A stretch of 64,000 nucleotides of DNA from Candidatus Lindowbacteria bacterium RIFCSPLOWO2_12_FULL_62_27 (lineage in GTDB: Bacteria > Lindowbacteria > 2-12-FULL-62-27): the NCBI GenBank assembly GCA_001784175.1, contig MFPR01000006.1:62001-126000 (forward strand). The letters run 5' to 3'. The position numbers were made by a program, and so were the translations under genes. Numbering within the stretch: position 1 is the first letter of the stretch; every line of letters starts with the position of its first letter. The notes under the pieces were generated by a model. It made no database searches. It had not been told where the DNA came from and worked only from the letters and a program-made list of their open reading frames with translations. Positions 30,522 to 39,485 of this stretch are shown here, piece after piece.

Positions 30522-33500
30522 TCAAGGAGCCGGTTTGACGGTGGGCGACGGTGATTTCTGGCTGTAGGTCGCGGAATCCGACAGGGTGTCCAGCTCCCAC
30601 GATTTGCCCTCCGGACAGGATGAGTAGGTCATCCCGTGGATTTCGATGGTGTCGCCGCCCGCAAATTTTCGGATAAGCCGGACCGCGTCGCCGGGACTCG
30701 TGTTGAGGAGGGTCCAACTGTTCAGGTAATCGTAGGAGGTGACCCCGGGCCCATAGGTGTCGTCGAACGTGTTGTCGACGCCATCGGAGGCGCTGCGCGA
30801 GTTGCCGAAGACGAACGCTGCGCCGGCCGCGAGATGGACCTTCTGTTTTCCGCCGCCGACGATCTGGCCCGGGTAATGGTCGATGGCGAAGGTGTTGCCT
30901 GCGTCGTCGGTGACGATGAGGCCGGACAGATCAACCGCGTGGCCGGTCATGTTGACCAGCTCGAAAAATTCGGCATTGGGCTCGCCGCCCGGCGGCGGAT
31001 TGGCGGAAACCTCCGAGATCAGGACCTCGCCGCCGCGAACGGCCAGATGGTTGGGCCCGCCCGGCGTGCCGTGACCGGAGTCGCCGTAGGGGATCGACGC
31101 GTTGACCCAGTTTTTTCCCTGCGCGGCGTCGACCGACGTGTCGAGGAGTGACATGGACCGGTTCTCGGCCGCCGTCACGTCCTGCCTCGGATGAGCGCCG
31201 GTCGAGCTGTAGGACATCTCGGTGATGATGGCGTTGTCGCTCAGCCGGAAGACCACGAGTTCATCGTTGGCGTTGTCGAAATTCAGGTCCTGGTTCATGA
31301 AAATTCCGCCGAGGTCGTATCCGCCGACCTGAATCCGGTTCCCCGCCCGGCCGATGACTTTGAACTGGCCCGGCTCGATCCGGAGGGGAAACGGCCCGTC
31401 CACGTTGTAGATCCGGCTGACGGCTTCCGGATACGGGTCTCCGGTCGCGCCGCCGCCGTCCTGAACACCCAGCGTCGCCAGATCGATGGTCTTGGCCGAC
31501 GGGTTGTACAGCTCAAAATATTCCGTGAGGTTCTCGTCGGCGGGCCCGTTGATCATGACCTCGGTAATGACGAGATCGCCGGCCACGGCCGTCTGGAGAT
31601 CGCCGGGCGTCGGGTGTCGCGTATCGGTAACGGTGACCGTCGCGGTTCCCCGAAAGGCCTGCGGATCGGCGGCGTTTCGAAGCGCGGTGATCTCGGCGGT
31701 GATCGACCGATTTCGTTCGACGATCGCGGGGACCTCATAGCTTCGGAAGTCCGCCCGGATGTCGCCCGAATTGATTTTCAGGAAGTACGGCCGCTGCGTG
31801 CGGAACAGCCGGACCGACTGGGTGTCGACATCGTTGACGCCGTATCCCGCGCCGGGCGTGAGGACGGCCGAAAAGGTTTCCGTCAACGTGTGGGCGTTCA
31901 CGGACGACGGCATCGAAACCGTCAGCGCCAGATCGTGAACATTCGGCCGGCCCGGCGTTCCGAACCCGCCGCTCCCTTTATACCCTCCGGGCATGCCGTA
32001 CCGCTCGAGATTGGACGCGAGGGCCCAGTTGTTTTTGTTGTTGTTGTCGTAGTCCGGGTCGAGGAGGTCCGTGAGGGATCCCTGGAGGGCCGCGGTCCGG
32101 CCGTCCAGCTCGCTGGGGATCGGCCATCCGCCGTTCACCCCGTTGCCGAAATCGGGGAAGCCGGCGAAGAGGTCGCCATCGTAGGAGACTTCGTCGATCA
32201 CCGTCCCCGTGTCGTCCTTAATACGGAGGGTGCCCTTGTCGTTGGACAGCGACGCGTTGTCGGGGTAGTCGTAGTCGAACGCGAATCCGGGGGTGAGGTT
32301 TCCGTCTCTGGCGAAGACAAAATATTTCCGCGGGTCAAGCACCGTTTCCGTCGAAACCGTGAACGTGGTCGAGACGCCGGTGCTGTCCACAAATTCGAAC
32401 GTCAAATCCGTCAGCGCGGCCGGGCTGTCGGCGCGGTTGAAAATCTCAAACCATTCGCCGGTTTCATCCCGCCCATGCGCGTTGGGCAGAAATTCGGTGA
32501 TGACGAGCGACCCAGCCGCCGGGGCGACGGCGGCGGGCGGGATGGGGGGCGTGTCGGAAGGGACGTCGTTGGGTGAGTTGGGCGTGCCTTTCTGGCTCAT
32601 GTGGCCGAAGACAAGCGTGCTCGCGGACCAGTTCGATCCGCTGTTGTTGTCAGCGGTCGTGTCGGTGAGCATCATGCTTTTGCCCGTCGGGTTGGGCCAT
32701 CCCGTTGTCGTGTACTCGACCCGGTCGATTTCGCCGATCCCGCTGACTTCCAGGATGACCTCATCCGACGTGTTCGCGAGATTGAATGCCGCGCCGTAGG
32801 CCGCCTCCACGCGCGCGCTGCCGTTCAGCCGCGCGTCGCGGGTCTTGCCGAAGACGAACGTCTTCCCCGGCGCAAGAAGCATCGCGTCCTTGCGGGAATT
32901 GAACGCGTAGGGCGCGAAGAAATCCGAGCCGTTGTCGCGAATCACGAGATGGCGAAGATCCAGCCACAGGCCCGACGCGTTGAGGACCTCGAACCATTCG
33001 CCCACCGCGTCCGATACGCCGTTGTTCGGGTCGTTCATGATCTCGGTGATCACGAGGTCCCCGGCTTTCGGCACGTGGAGTGTCGGAAAGGTTTCGCCGG
33101 GCGGGTCGGACGGAATGACCGCCGGCGGCGCCGACACTTTGCGTTCGTTTGCGTTGGGATAAAAATCATTCTGAATGATTTTGCGGTACGCGTCGGCCGG
33201 TGTTTTTCGCATGTGGAAATTCGACGCCATGCTGTCCCGGAGGTCGTCGGTGTCCGAATAGAACGGCGGGACGAACGCGAAGACAATGGAGGAGGTTTCA
33301 GAGGGGTCGTTCTCGGCGTAGTAAATGGACACGGTGAAGAATGTGAGCAAGATCGGATCGTGCAGGAAGACGGTCCCGGGCGAGGAGAACCCGGTCCAGG
33401 TGTCGTTCGCGCGAAGCTGCGACCGAAATCCGGGATCGGTCTGAAAAAAGGCGGTCACCACCGAATCCTGCACCAGAAACACCTCGTTCGATTCGAGATT

Positions 33501-33743
33501 CACCCGCATGTCGAACGGAACCATCCGGCTGTCCGTCGTGCTCAAAACCCCCAGCGCCAGCCGCCGCTCGCCGGTCAGGACGTTGCAGAACGTTCCGCCG
33601 CACGACCATGACGCCTCATCGCAGGACGATGCCCATGAGACCCCGCCCCCGGCGCAACTGCTCGTCGAAAAGGCGTGGACACGGGACGGGACAAGGATCG
33701 ACAGGAGCAGGGCAAGCGCAAGCAGGCGGCAGGCCGATTTCAT
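30522..33743 (-). CDS. Large secreted protein with four lamin-tail (LTD) domains
   Basis: Signal peptide; four LVITE/VLISE...E(W/Y/F)FE..N units, three ending in GTP. Confidence 0.85.
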   Translation of the reverse strand: MKSACRLLALALLLSILVPSRVHAFSTSSCAGGGVSWASSCDEASWSCGGTFCNVLTGERRLALGVLSTTDSRMVPFDMRVNLESNEVFLVQDSVVTAFFQTDPGFRSQLRANDTWTGFSSPGTVFLHDPILLTFFTVSIYYAENDPSETSSIVFAFVPPFYSDTDDLRDSMASNFHMRKTPADAYRKIIQNDFYPNANERKVSAPPAVIPSDPPGETFPTLHVPKAGDLVITEIMNDPNNGVSDAVGEWFEVLNASGLWLDLRHLVIRDNGSDFFAPYAFNSRKDAMLLAPGKTFVFGKTRDARLNGSARVEAAYGAAFNLANTSDEVILEVSGIGEIDRVEYTTTGWPNPTGKSMMLTDTTADNNSGSNWSASTLVFGHMSQKGTPNSPNDVPSDTPPIPPAAVAPAAGSLVITEFLPNAHGRDETGEWFEIFNRADSPAALTDLTFEFVDSTGVSTTFTVSTETVLDPRKYFVFARDGNLTPGFAFDYDYPDNASLSNDKGTLRIKDDTGTVIDEVSYDGDLFAGFPDFGNGVNGGWPIPSELDGRTAALQGSLTDLLDPDYDNNNKNNWALASNLERYGMPGGYKGSGGFGTPGRPNVHDLALTVSMPSSVNAHTLTETFSAVLTPGAGYGVNDVDTQSVRLFRTQRPYFLKINSGDIRADFRSYEVPAIVERNRSITAEITALRNAADPQAFRGTATVTVTDTRHPTPGDLQTAVAGDLVITEVMINGPADENLTEYFELYNPSAKTIDLATLGVQDGGGATGDPYPEAVSRIYNVDGPFPLRIEPGQFKVIGRAGNRIQVGGYDLGGIFMNQDLNFDNANDELVVFRLSDNAIITEMSYSSTGAHPRQDVTAAENRSMSLLDTSVDAAQGKNWVNASIPYGDSGHGTPGGPNHLAVRGGEVLISEVSANPPPGGEPNAEFFELVNMTGHAVDLSGLIVTDDAGNTFAIDHYPGQIVGGGKQKVHLAAGAAFVFGNSRSASDGVDNTFDDTYGPGVTSYDYLNSWTLLNTSPGDAVRLIRKFAGGDTIEIHGMTYSSCPEGKSWELDTLSDSATYSQKSPSPTVKPAP

Positions 33744-33744
33744 C

Positions 33745-34095
33745 TCACGCCGCCTCCTTGAACGCGCAAATGGTCCCGACCGCCCGGACCAGCGTGTGCC
33801 ATGCCTGGCCGAGGTGTTGATACTCGCGCCGTCCTTCGGCCGTGATGTGGTAATGCCGCCGGCGTCTCCGGAGGCCGGCCTTCTCCCAGGCGCCCGCCAC
33901 GAGACCCTTGCGTTCCAGCCGGTAGAGGAGGGGATAGAGCGTCCCCTCGTTCATGCAGAGGGCGTAGACGATCTTGTCGTCGCTCTCGCAGAGCGTCCGG
34001 AACATCCGGTAGCCGTGCATGGGCCTGTGGGCCAGCATGCCCAGCACCACGAGTTCGCCGGGACCCCGGCGGAAACACCGTGTAGCGTCATTCAT
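33745..34095 (-). CDS. PadR family regulator
   Basis: PMHGY...EGTLYPLLYRLERKGLV...YHITAEG. Confidence 0.9.
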   Translation of the reverse strand: MNDATRCFRRGPGELVVLGMLAHRPMHGYRMFRTLCESDDKIVYALCMNEGTLYPLLYRLERKGLVAGAWEKAGLRRRRRHYHITAEGRREYQHLGQAWHTLVRAVGTICAFKEAA

Positions 34096-34104
34096 GGGCG
34101 TCTT

Positions 34105-34131
34105 ATACATCGGAGAGCAATGTATTGTCAA
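34105..34131 (-). promoter_or_regulatory. Promoter -35 with palindromic operator (likely PadR box)
   Basis: ATACAT-N9-ATGTAT (34105-34125) abuts minus-strand TTGACA (34126-34131). Confidence 0.55.
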
Positions 34132-34211
34132 GCAAAAATATCGCGCGAACGCCGGACAGATCGGAAACTCAGAGCGGTGAAGCGCTTGCCCTGCGCGGAA
34201 TCAGCGCCGCA

Positions 34212-35510
34212 TCAGCGGGCTTCGACCTCGGGTGGGAATTCGTGCTGGTGGCGGTCCCACCAGCGTTGGTACCGTAATTTGACCTCCTCCGCGCCCGGAT
34301 CACCCGGGTTGTACATGCCTTTGCGCAGGAGGCAGTTCAGGCCGCGGACGGCGTGGAGTTGTTCCTGCTCGTCTCCGTGGGCGAGCGCATCCATCAAAAA
34401 TGGAATGGCGGACCGGTCCTTGATCTGGCCGAGCATGTAGTACGCGATGAAGTGCCACTGGATGTCCCTGTTTTTGGCAATGCGCTTGAGATCGGGCGTG
34501 ATGCCCGGCCCTTTCTTGACGATCTGCTGGTAAATCGGATCTTTGACGGTGAGTCCCCGGCGGTTCTCGACCATCCGGCGAAACAGGCTTTCGACGTCGC
34601 TCTGGCCCGAGCCGGCCTCCCGGGGCCTGCTGCAGGCTGAAAGGAGGAGAGACAGGACGAGGGCGGAAAGCAGGCCCGCCGTTCGCGCGGACGGCCGCAG
34701 CTTCAGTTTCTCAAGTATAAATGACGTCGACAGCAGGACGGCCAAAAGATACGTGACGATCGTGGCCTGGGCCGTGTCTGAGTACGGCCACGGCACACCC
34801 CGGCGGAAATCATTATTCAAGAAACGTATCAAAAAACCGGACAGCTCGAATTCCCACACCATGTAGGCGCGCGACATGAGCGGCGGATCGGCAAAGGGAG
34901 AAGGCACGTCCAGCGTGAGGAAAATCCGGCATTCCGGCGCCGGAAAGGGCGCGATGAAGTCGAGATGGCACTCGGAAAGGTTGGTGACCAGAAACATCAC
35001 CACCGACAGCGTGGCGAACGGCGTGAGCCGATACGCGTTGCCGGCCCTTCTCATGTACAGCGCATACGCCGCCGGCCCCGAAAGAATCGCGATCATCCAC
35101 CGCACATCGATGATGTGCTTGTCGGCTGCATACGCAATCCGCGGGTCGAGACCCGAAAGGCCAAGCCCAAGAATCAGCGCTTCGGACAAAACGCCGAACG
35201 CCAGAAATGCGCCGCCGGCGAGAAGCATGGCCCTGACGCACGCGGGATCCCGGAACCAGTTCCGGAACGCCTCCTCCCGGTTGAGCCGGTCGGCGACGAT
35301 CGGCGGCTCACCGAAGTCGGCGGCGGCCTCCGCCGCCGCATAGTCCGCGCGGTAGCCTCGTTCGGTCAACGCCTCCCGCGTCTCGTCGAGGTGTCCCGCA
35401 AACTCCTCCCGCCAGCCGCGCTTGATCGTGTCGCGAACCGACACGCGGCTCAGAATTTCGTCGAGATACGAGTCGAACGGTTCCGGTTGCGGGGTGTCCC
35501 CCGACTTCAT
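34212..35510 (-). CDS. PadR-associated membrane protein (HAAS/permease-prefix N-terminus, TM region, C-terminal HEAT-like repeat)
   Basis: YLDEIL...EEFAGHL...AAADFGEP..VA..L N-terminus; TM helices; LGQIKDRSAIPFLMDAL. Confidence 0.7.
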   Translation of the reverse strand: MKSGDTPQPEPFDSYLDEILSRVSVRDTIKRGWREEFAGHLDETREALTERGYRADYAAAEAAADFGEPPIVADRLNREEAFRNWFRDPACVRAMLLAGGAFLAFGVLSEALILGLGLSGLDPRIAYAADKHIIDVRWMIAILSGPAAYALYMRRAGNAYRLTPFATLSVVMFLVTNLSECHLDFIAPFPAPECRIFLTLDVPSPFADPPLMSRAYMVWEFELSGFLIRFLNNDFRRGVPWPYSDTAQATIVTYLLAVLLSTSFILEKLKLRPSARTAGLLSALVLSLLLSACSRPREAGSGQSDVESLFRRMVENRRGLTVKDPIYQQIVKKGPGITPDLKRIAKNRDIQWHFIAYYMLGQIKDRSAIPFLMDALAHGDEQEQLHAVRGLNCLLRKGMYNPGDPGAEEVKLRYQRWWDRHQHEFPPEVEAR

Positions 35511-35836
35511 GCAGGGGTCGGGACGAAGAGCCGGACGGCCCGCGTGAGTCCCGACCACATTGATTTGCGTTCCTTCAATCCCTTGCGGCCCTTGTCGGTG
35601 ATGCTGTACACGTGCTGCCGGCGCTTGCCGACGGGCCGTTCCCACCGGCCCCGGACAAGTCCTCTGCGTTCAAGCCGCATGAGCAGCGGATAGAGCGTCC
35701 CTTCCTTGACGCCGAGGAACTCCGGCGACTTCGCGCGCAGCTCCTGCGTGATCAGGTATCCGTGCATGTCCTTGCGATTCAACAAACTCAAAACCACCAT
35801 CTCGATGGTGCCCTTGATGAATTGATCCCGAACCAT
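35507..35836 (-). CDS. PadR family regulator
   Basis: KGTIEMVVLSLL..KDMHGY...EGTLYPLL.RLE. Confidence 0.93.
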   Translation of the reverse strand: MVRDQFIKGTIEMVVLSLLNRKDMHGYLITQELRAKSPEFLGVKEGTLYPLLMRLERRGLVRGRWERPVGKRRQHVYSITDKGRKGLKERKSMWSGLTRAVRLFVPTPA

Positions 35837-35924
35837 GGTCTCACCCCCATTTGTTATCCAAAGGCTGACCATATACGGCAATTCTATTGATGTCAAGCGG
35901 CGCGCTTCATGTATACTTGTATCT

Positions 35925-37178
35925 ATGAATCCACGCGACGATGTGCTCGTCATCGGCGGCGGGGTGATCGGCGTGGCCTGCGCCTATTACCTCTCGAAGG
36001 AAGGCCTGCGGGTGCGGTTGCTCGAGAAGGACCGGATCGGGTCCGGGGCGTCGCACGCCAACTGCGGGCTGATTTCCCCCAGCCACGCCCTGCCGCTGGC
36101 CACGCCCGGCGTCATCGGCAAGGGTCTCCGGTGGCTCCTGCGCAAAGACTCGCCGCTCTACATCAAGGCCCGCTTTGATCCCGCGCTCATGATGTGGCTT
36201 GCGCGGTTCGCCCTTCGATGCAACGACCGCGACATGCGCGCGTCGATCGACGCGCTGTGCCCGATCCTGTCCGGCTCGCGGGCGCTGTACGAGCGGCTCT
36301 TTCAAGAGGAATCAATGGCCTGCGAGTGGTCGCCGTCGGGGTCCCTGTCCGTGTTTCGCACCGAAAAGGAAATGGCCGCGTTCGCGCCGACGGTTGAGCT
36401 CCTCAAGGCGCGCGGAATCGTTGCGGTCGCGCTCACAGACGCGGCGCTGCGGGAAAAGGAACCGGCCGTGCGGGACGATATGTTCGGCGGCTGGTATTTC
36501 AAAATCGACGCGCACCTGCGGCCCGACCGCCTGATGGCGGAATGGCGTCGCATCCTTCTGGAGCGCGGCGTGGCGGTGGAAGAAGACTGCGCCGTTCACT
36601 CGCTCGATGTCTCCGGAGGGTCAGTGCGGTCCGCCGGCACGGCGCGCGGCCGGTTCGCGGCCGATCACTTCGTTCTGGCCGCCGGCGCGTGGTCGCCGCG
36701 TCTTGCGCGCCGGCTGGGCGTGAAACTGCCGATCCAGCCGGCCAAAGGCTACAGCGTGACGATGGGCCGCCCGGCGCGGTGTCCGCGCATGCCCGTGTTT
36801 TTTCAGGAAACCAAAGTCCTCGCCACCCCGTGGCCGAGCGGCTTTCGGCTGGGCGGAACGATGGAGTTTTCAGGATTCGACCCGGCAAAAAGTTCCATCC
36901 GCATTTCGGCCCTTCACCGCGCCGCCGCCGAGTATCTGCATGATCCAGGCAACGGCCCGGCCGGCGAGGAATGGGCCGGCTGGCGGCCGATGACCTGGGA
37001 CAGCCTGCCGGTCATCGATCGCGCGCCGCGTCTCTCAAACCTGACGGTGGCCGCCGGCCACAACATGCTCGGCATGAGCCTCGCGCCGGCCACCGGCAAG
37101 CTCGTCGCGGAACTCCTCGCGGGCCGCGACCCGCACCTGCCTCTCGCCCCCTATGCGCTCCGGAGGTTCGCGGCTTGA
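35925..37178 (+). CDS. FAD-dependent D-amino acid dehydrogenase (DadA-like)
   Basis: VIGGGVIG, GASHANCG, QPAKGYS, WAGWRP, GHNMLG. Confidence 0.9.
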   Translation: MNPRDDVLVIGGGVIGVACAYYLSKEGLRVRLLEKDRIGSGASHANCGLISPSHALPLATPGVIGKGLRWLLRKDSPLYIKARFDPALMMWLARFALRCNDRDMRASIDALCPILSGSRALYERLFQEESMACEWSPSGSLSVFRTEKEMAAFAPTVELLKARGIVAVALTDAALREKEPAVRDDMFGGWYFKIDAHLRPDRLMAEWRRILLERGVAVEEDCAVHSLDVSGGSVRSAGTARGRFAADHFVLAAGAWSPRLARRLGVKLPIQPAKGYSVTMGRPARCPRMPVFFQETKVLATPWPSGFRLGGTMEFSGFDPAKSSIRISALHRAAAEYLHDPGNGPAGEEWAGWRPMTWDSLPVIDRAPRLSNLTVAAGHNMLGMSLAPATGKLVAELLAGRDPHLPLAPYALRRFAA

Positions 37179-37211
37179 AAAACGCGCAACAATTTTGGAG
37201 CATTTAGCCAT

Positions 37212-39485
37212 ATGAACCGGTTCGCAGGTATCCGGGAGCGGATCAGCGTCACCGTCATGTCCCTCCTCATTCTCCTCACCGTCGCGGTCACCTGGTCGGT
37301 GGTCGGCTTGATCCGACGGAATACTTTTGCCGAAGTTTCAGACCTGGTCCGGCAGGAATCGCGGACCTTCAAACTCCTCCATCAGCGCCGGGCCGCCGAG
37401 CTTCTGGTCCGCACGCGGTTTCTCGCGGCGGAACCGAAAATCATCGCGGCCCTCGGCACGCCCGACATCGACCGGGAAACCGTGCAGTTTCTGGCGGACG
37501 AAATCCGGGGCGACGGCGATCTCGATTTTCTCCTCATCCGCGGCCGACATCCGCAGGCCGCCGCCGTCTCGATGAAGGGCATCCGGCCGGACGCGGCGGC
37601 GATGGCGGCGCTCAAGCTCCCCCGCTTGGCGGGCGGGTATCTCGTCATCGACGACAAGGATGTCCATGCGGTGTCGGTGCCCGTGTCGATCGGCGGCATG
37701 GTCGTCGGCTCGGTGTCGATCGGCGACTTCATCACCGACGCCCACGTACGGGACCTCAAGCCGATCATTTCCTCCGAGATCATCCTCTGTGTCGGCCCGA
37801 TGGAGGAGCGGATGCGCGTGGCGGCCACCACCCTGAGCCGCGTGTCCCAAACCCGGATCGATGCGGCGCTCGCGGCCGTAACCTCGCCCGGCCCGGCAGA
37901 AGTAGTCCTGCCGCCGGACAGGGAGAGGTTTTTATTTCAGTCCCTGGCGCTGGACGACCATCTCAACGGCTGTTTTCTAAAGTCCCTCGAGCCGGCCGAA
38001 GCGGCCGTGAACGCGGTCCTGAAACGCGCCGTCGTCATCGCCGCCTGCTTTTTGATCCTGTCGTTCCTCGCCGTCAAGAGACTCTCCGAGGCGCTCACGC
38101 GGCCGATTCGAACATTGGCGGAAGGCACCGCATCGATTGCGGCGGGAAACCTGGACATCCGGACCGATGTCCGGTCGCCGACAGAGATGCGGCTTCTCGG
38201 CCAGTCCTTCAACAAAATGGCGGAACGCATCAAGGACCTGCTGGCCGCGGAGGAGCGCGCCAAGGCCGGCCTGGAGGTCCGGGTCGTTGAGCGGACGGCG
38301 GAGCTGGTCGAATCCAACCGTCTGCTGGCCGCGGCGCACCACGATTTGAAGGAACAGACGGCAAAGAGAATCCAGTATGAAAAACTCGCCGGGCTTGGAA
38401 CGCTGGCCGCCGGCATCGCGCACGAGATCAACAACCCGCTTACCGTGGTCATCGGCCGCTCTCAGGCCTTGTCCGAGTCGCTGAACGAGCCTCTCGCCAA
38501 AAAAACGGCCGAGACCATTTCCCGGGCCGCCGCGCGGTGCGGCGAGATCGTCAAAAGCATCCTGCGGTTCGCGCGCCAAGAAGGCCCGCGGCGCATGCCG
38601 GTCCACGTGAATTTGATGATCGACCTCGCGCTGGAGACGATCCAGACCCGGGAGGATTTCAAGTCCATCCGGATCGTCCGGGACTACCGCCCGGACCTGC
38701 CCTACGTGCTGATGGACGAAGTCCTGATGCAGCAGGCGATTTTCAATGTCGCCCTGAACGCGTTCCAGTGCATGCGGGAGTCGCGCGGCCGGGGCACGCT
38801 GACGGCGCGCACCGGCGTGGCCGGCAAAAAACTCAGGATGAGTTTCGCCGACGACGGCCCGGGCATGACCGCCGAAGTCGCGGCCCGGATCTTCGACCCG
38901 TTCTTCACCACGAAGGACGTCGGCCAGGGCAGCGGACTGGGGATGAGCGTGGCGCACGGGATCGTGGAGCAGCACGGAGGGAACATCTTTGTCGAGAAGA
39001 CCGGCCCGGCCGGAACCACGGTCACGCTCGAGGTGCCGCTGCTCACGGAGATTCCGTTTCCGGAGGAGGAGAAGCAGCGGGCCGCCGGGCCGCGCGGGGT
39101 GTCGATCAAGGACAAGCGCGTCCTCGTGGTCGACGACGAGCGTGACATCCGCGACTTGATGAAGAGTTTTCTCGAGCACCAGGGCTGCCATGTGACGTGC
39201 GCCGAGAGCGGCGAAGCGGCGCTGGAGGCCCTGCGCGGCGCCGGCGACTACGACATCTTATTCGTGGACGTTCGCATGCCGGGCATGGACGGATCGGAAC
39301 TCTACCGGCAGATCACAGCGCGGAGCGGCGGCCTGGCCTCGAGGATCGTGTTTGTGACGGGGGACACGATGAGCGAGGAGACGCAACGGTTTCTGAAGGA
39401 CACCGGATGCGAGTCGATCACCAAACCGTTTAAAATGCAGCTCCTGGCCGAAATGGTCGGAAAAGTCACGCAGGCGGCCGGCTGA
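37212..39485 (+). CDS. Membrane hybrid sensor kinase (periplasmic sensor-HAMP-HisKA-HATPase-REC)
   Basis: GIAHEINNPL, PFFTTKDVGQGSGLG, C-terminal receiver. Confidence 0.92.
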   Translation: MNRFAGIRERISVTVMSLLILLTVAVTWSVVGLIRRNTFAEVSDLVRQESRTFKLLHQRRAAELLVRTRFLAAEPKIIAALGTPDIDRETVQFLADEIRGDGDLDFLLIRGRHPQAAAVSMKGIRPDAAAMAALKLPRLAGGYLVIDDKDVHAVSVPVSIGGMVVGSVSIGDFITDAHVRDLKPIISSEIILCVGPMEERMRVAATTLSRVSQTRIDAALAAVTSPGPAEVVLPPDRERFLFQSLALDDHLNGCFLKSLEPAEAAVNAVLKRAVVIAACFLILSFLAVKRLSEALTRPIRTLAEGTASIAAGNLDIRTDVRSPTEMRLLGQSFNKMAERIKDLLAAEERAKAGLEVRVVERTAELVESNRLLAAAHHDLKEQTAKRIQYEKLAGLGTLAAGIAHEINNPLTVVIGRSQALSESLNEPLAKKTAETISRAAARCGEIVKSILRFARQEGPRRMPVHVNLMIDLALETIQTREDFKSIRIVRDYRPDLPYVLMDEVLMQQAIFNVALNAFQCMRESRGRGTLTARTGVAGKKLRMSFADDGPGMTAEVAARIFDPFFTTKDVGQGSGLGMSVAHGIVEQHGGNIFVEKTGPAGTTVTLEVPLLTEIPFPEEEKQRAAGPRGVSIKDKRVLVVDDERDIRDLMKSFLEHQGCHVTCAESGEAALEALRGAGDYDILFVDVRMPGMDGSELYRQITARSGGLASRIVFVTGDTMSEETQRFLKDTGCESITKPFKMQLLAEMVGKVTQAAG

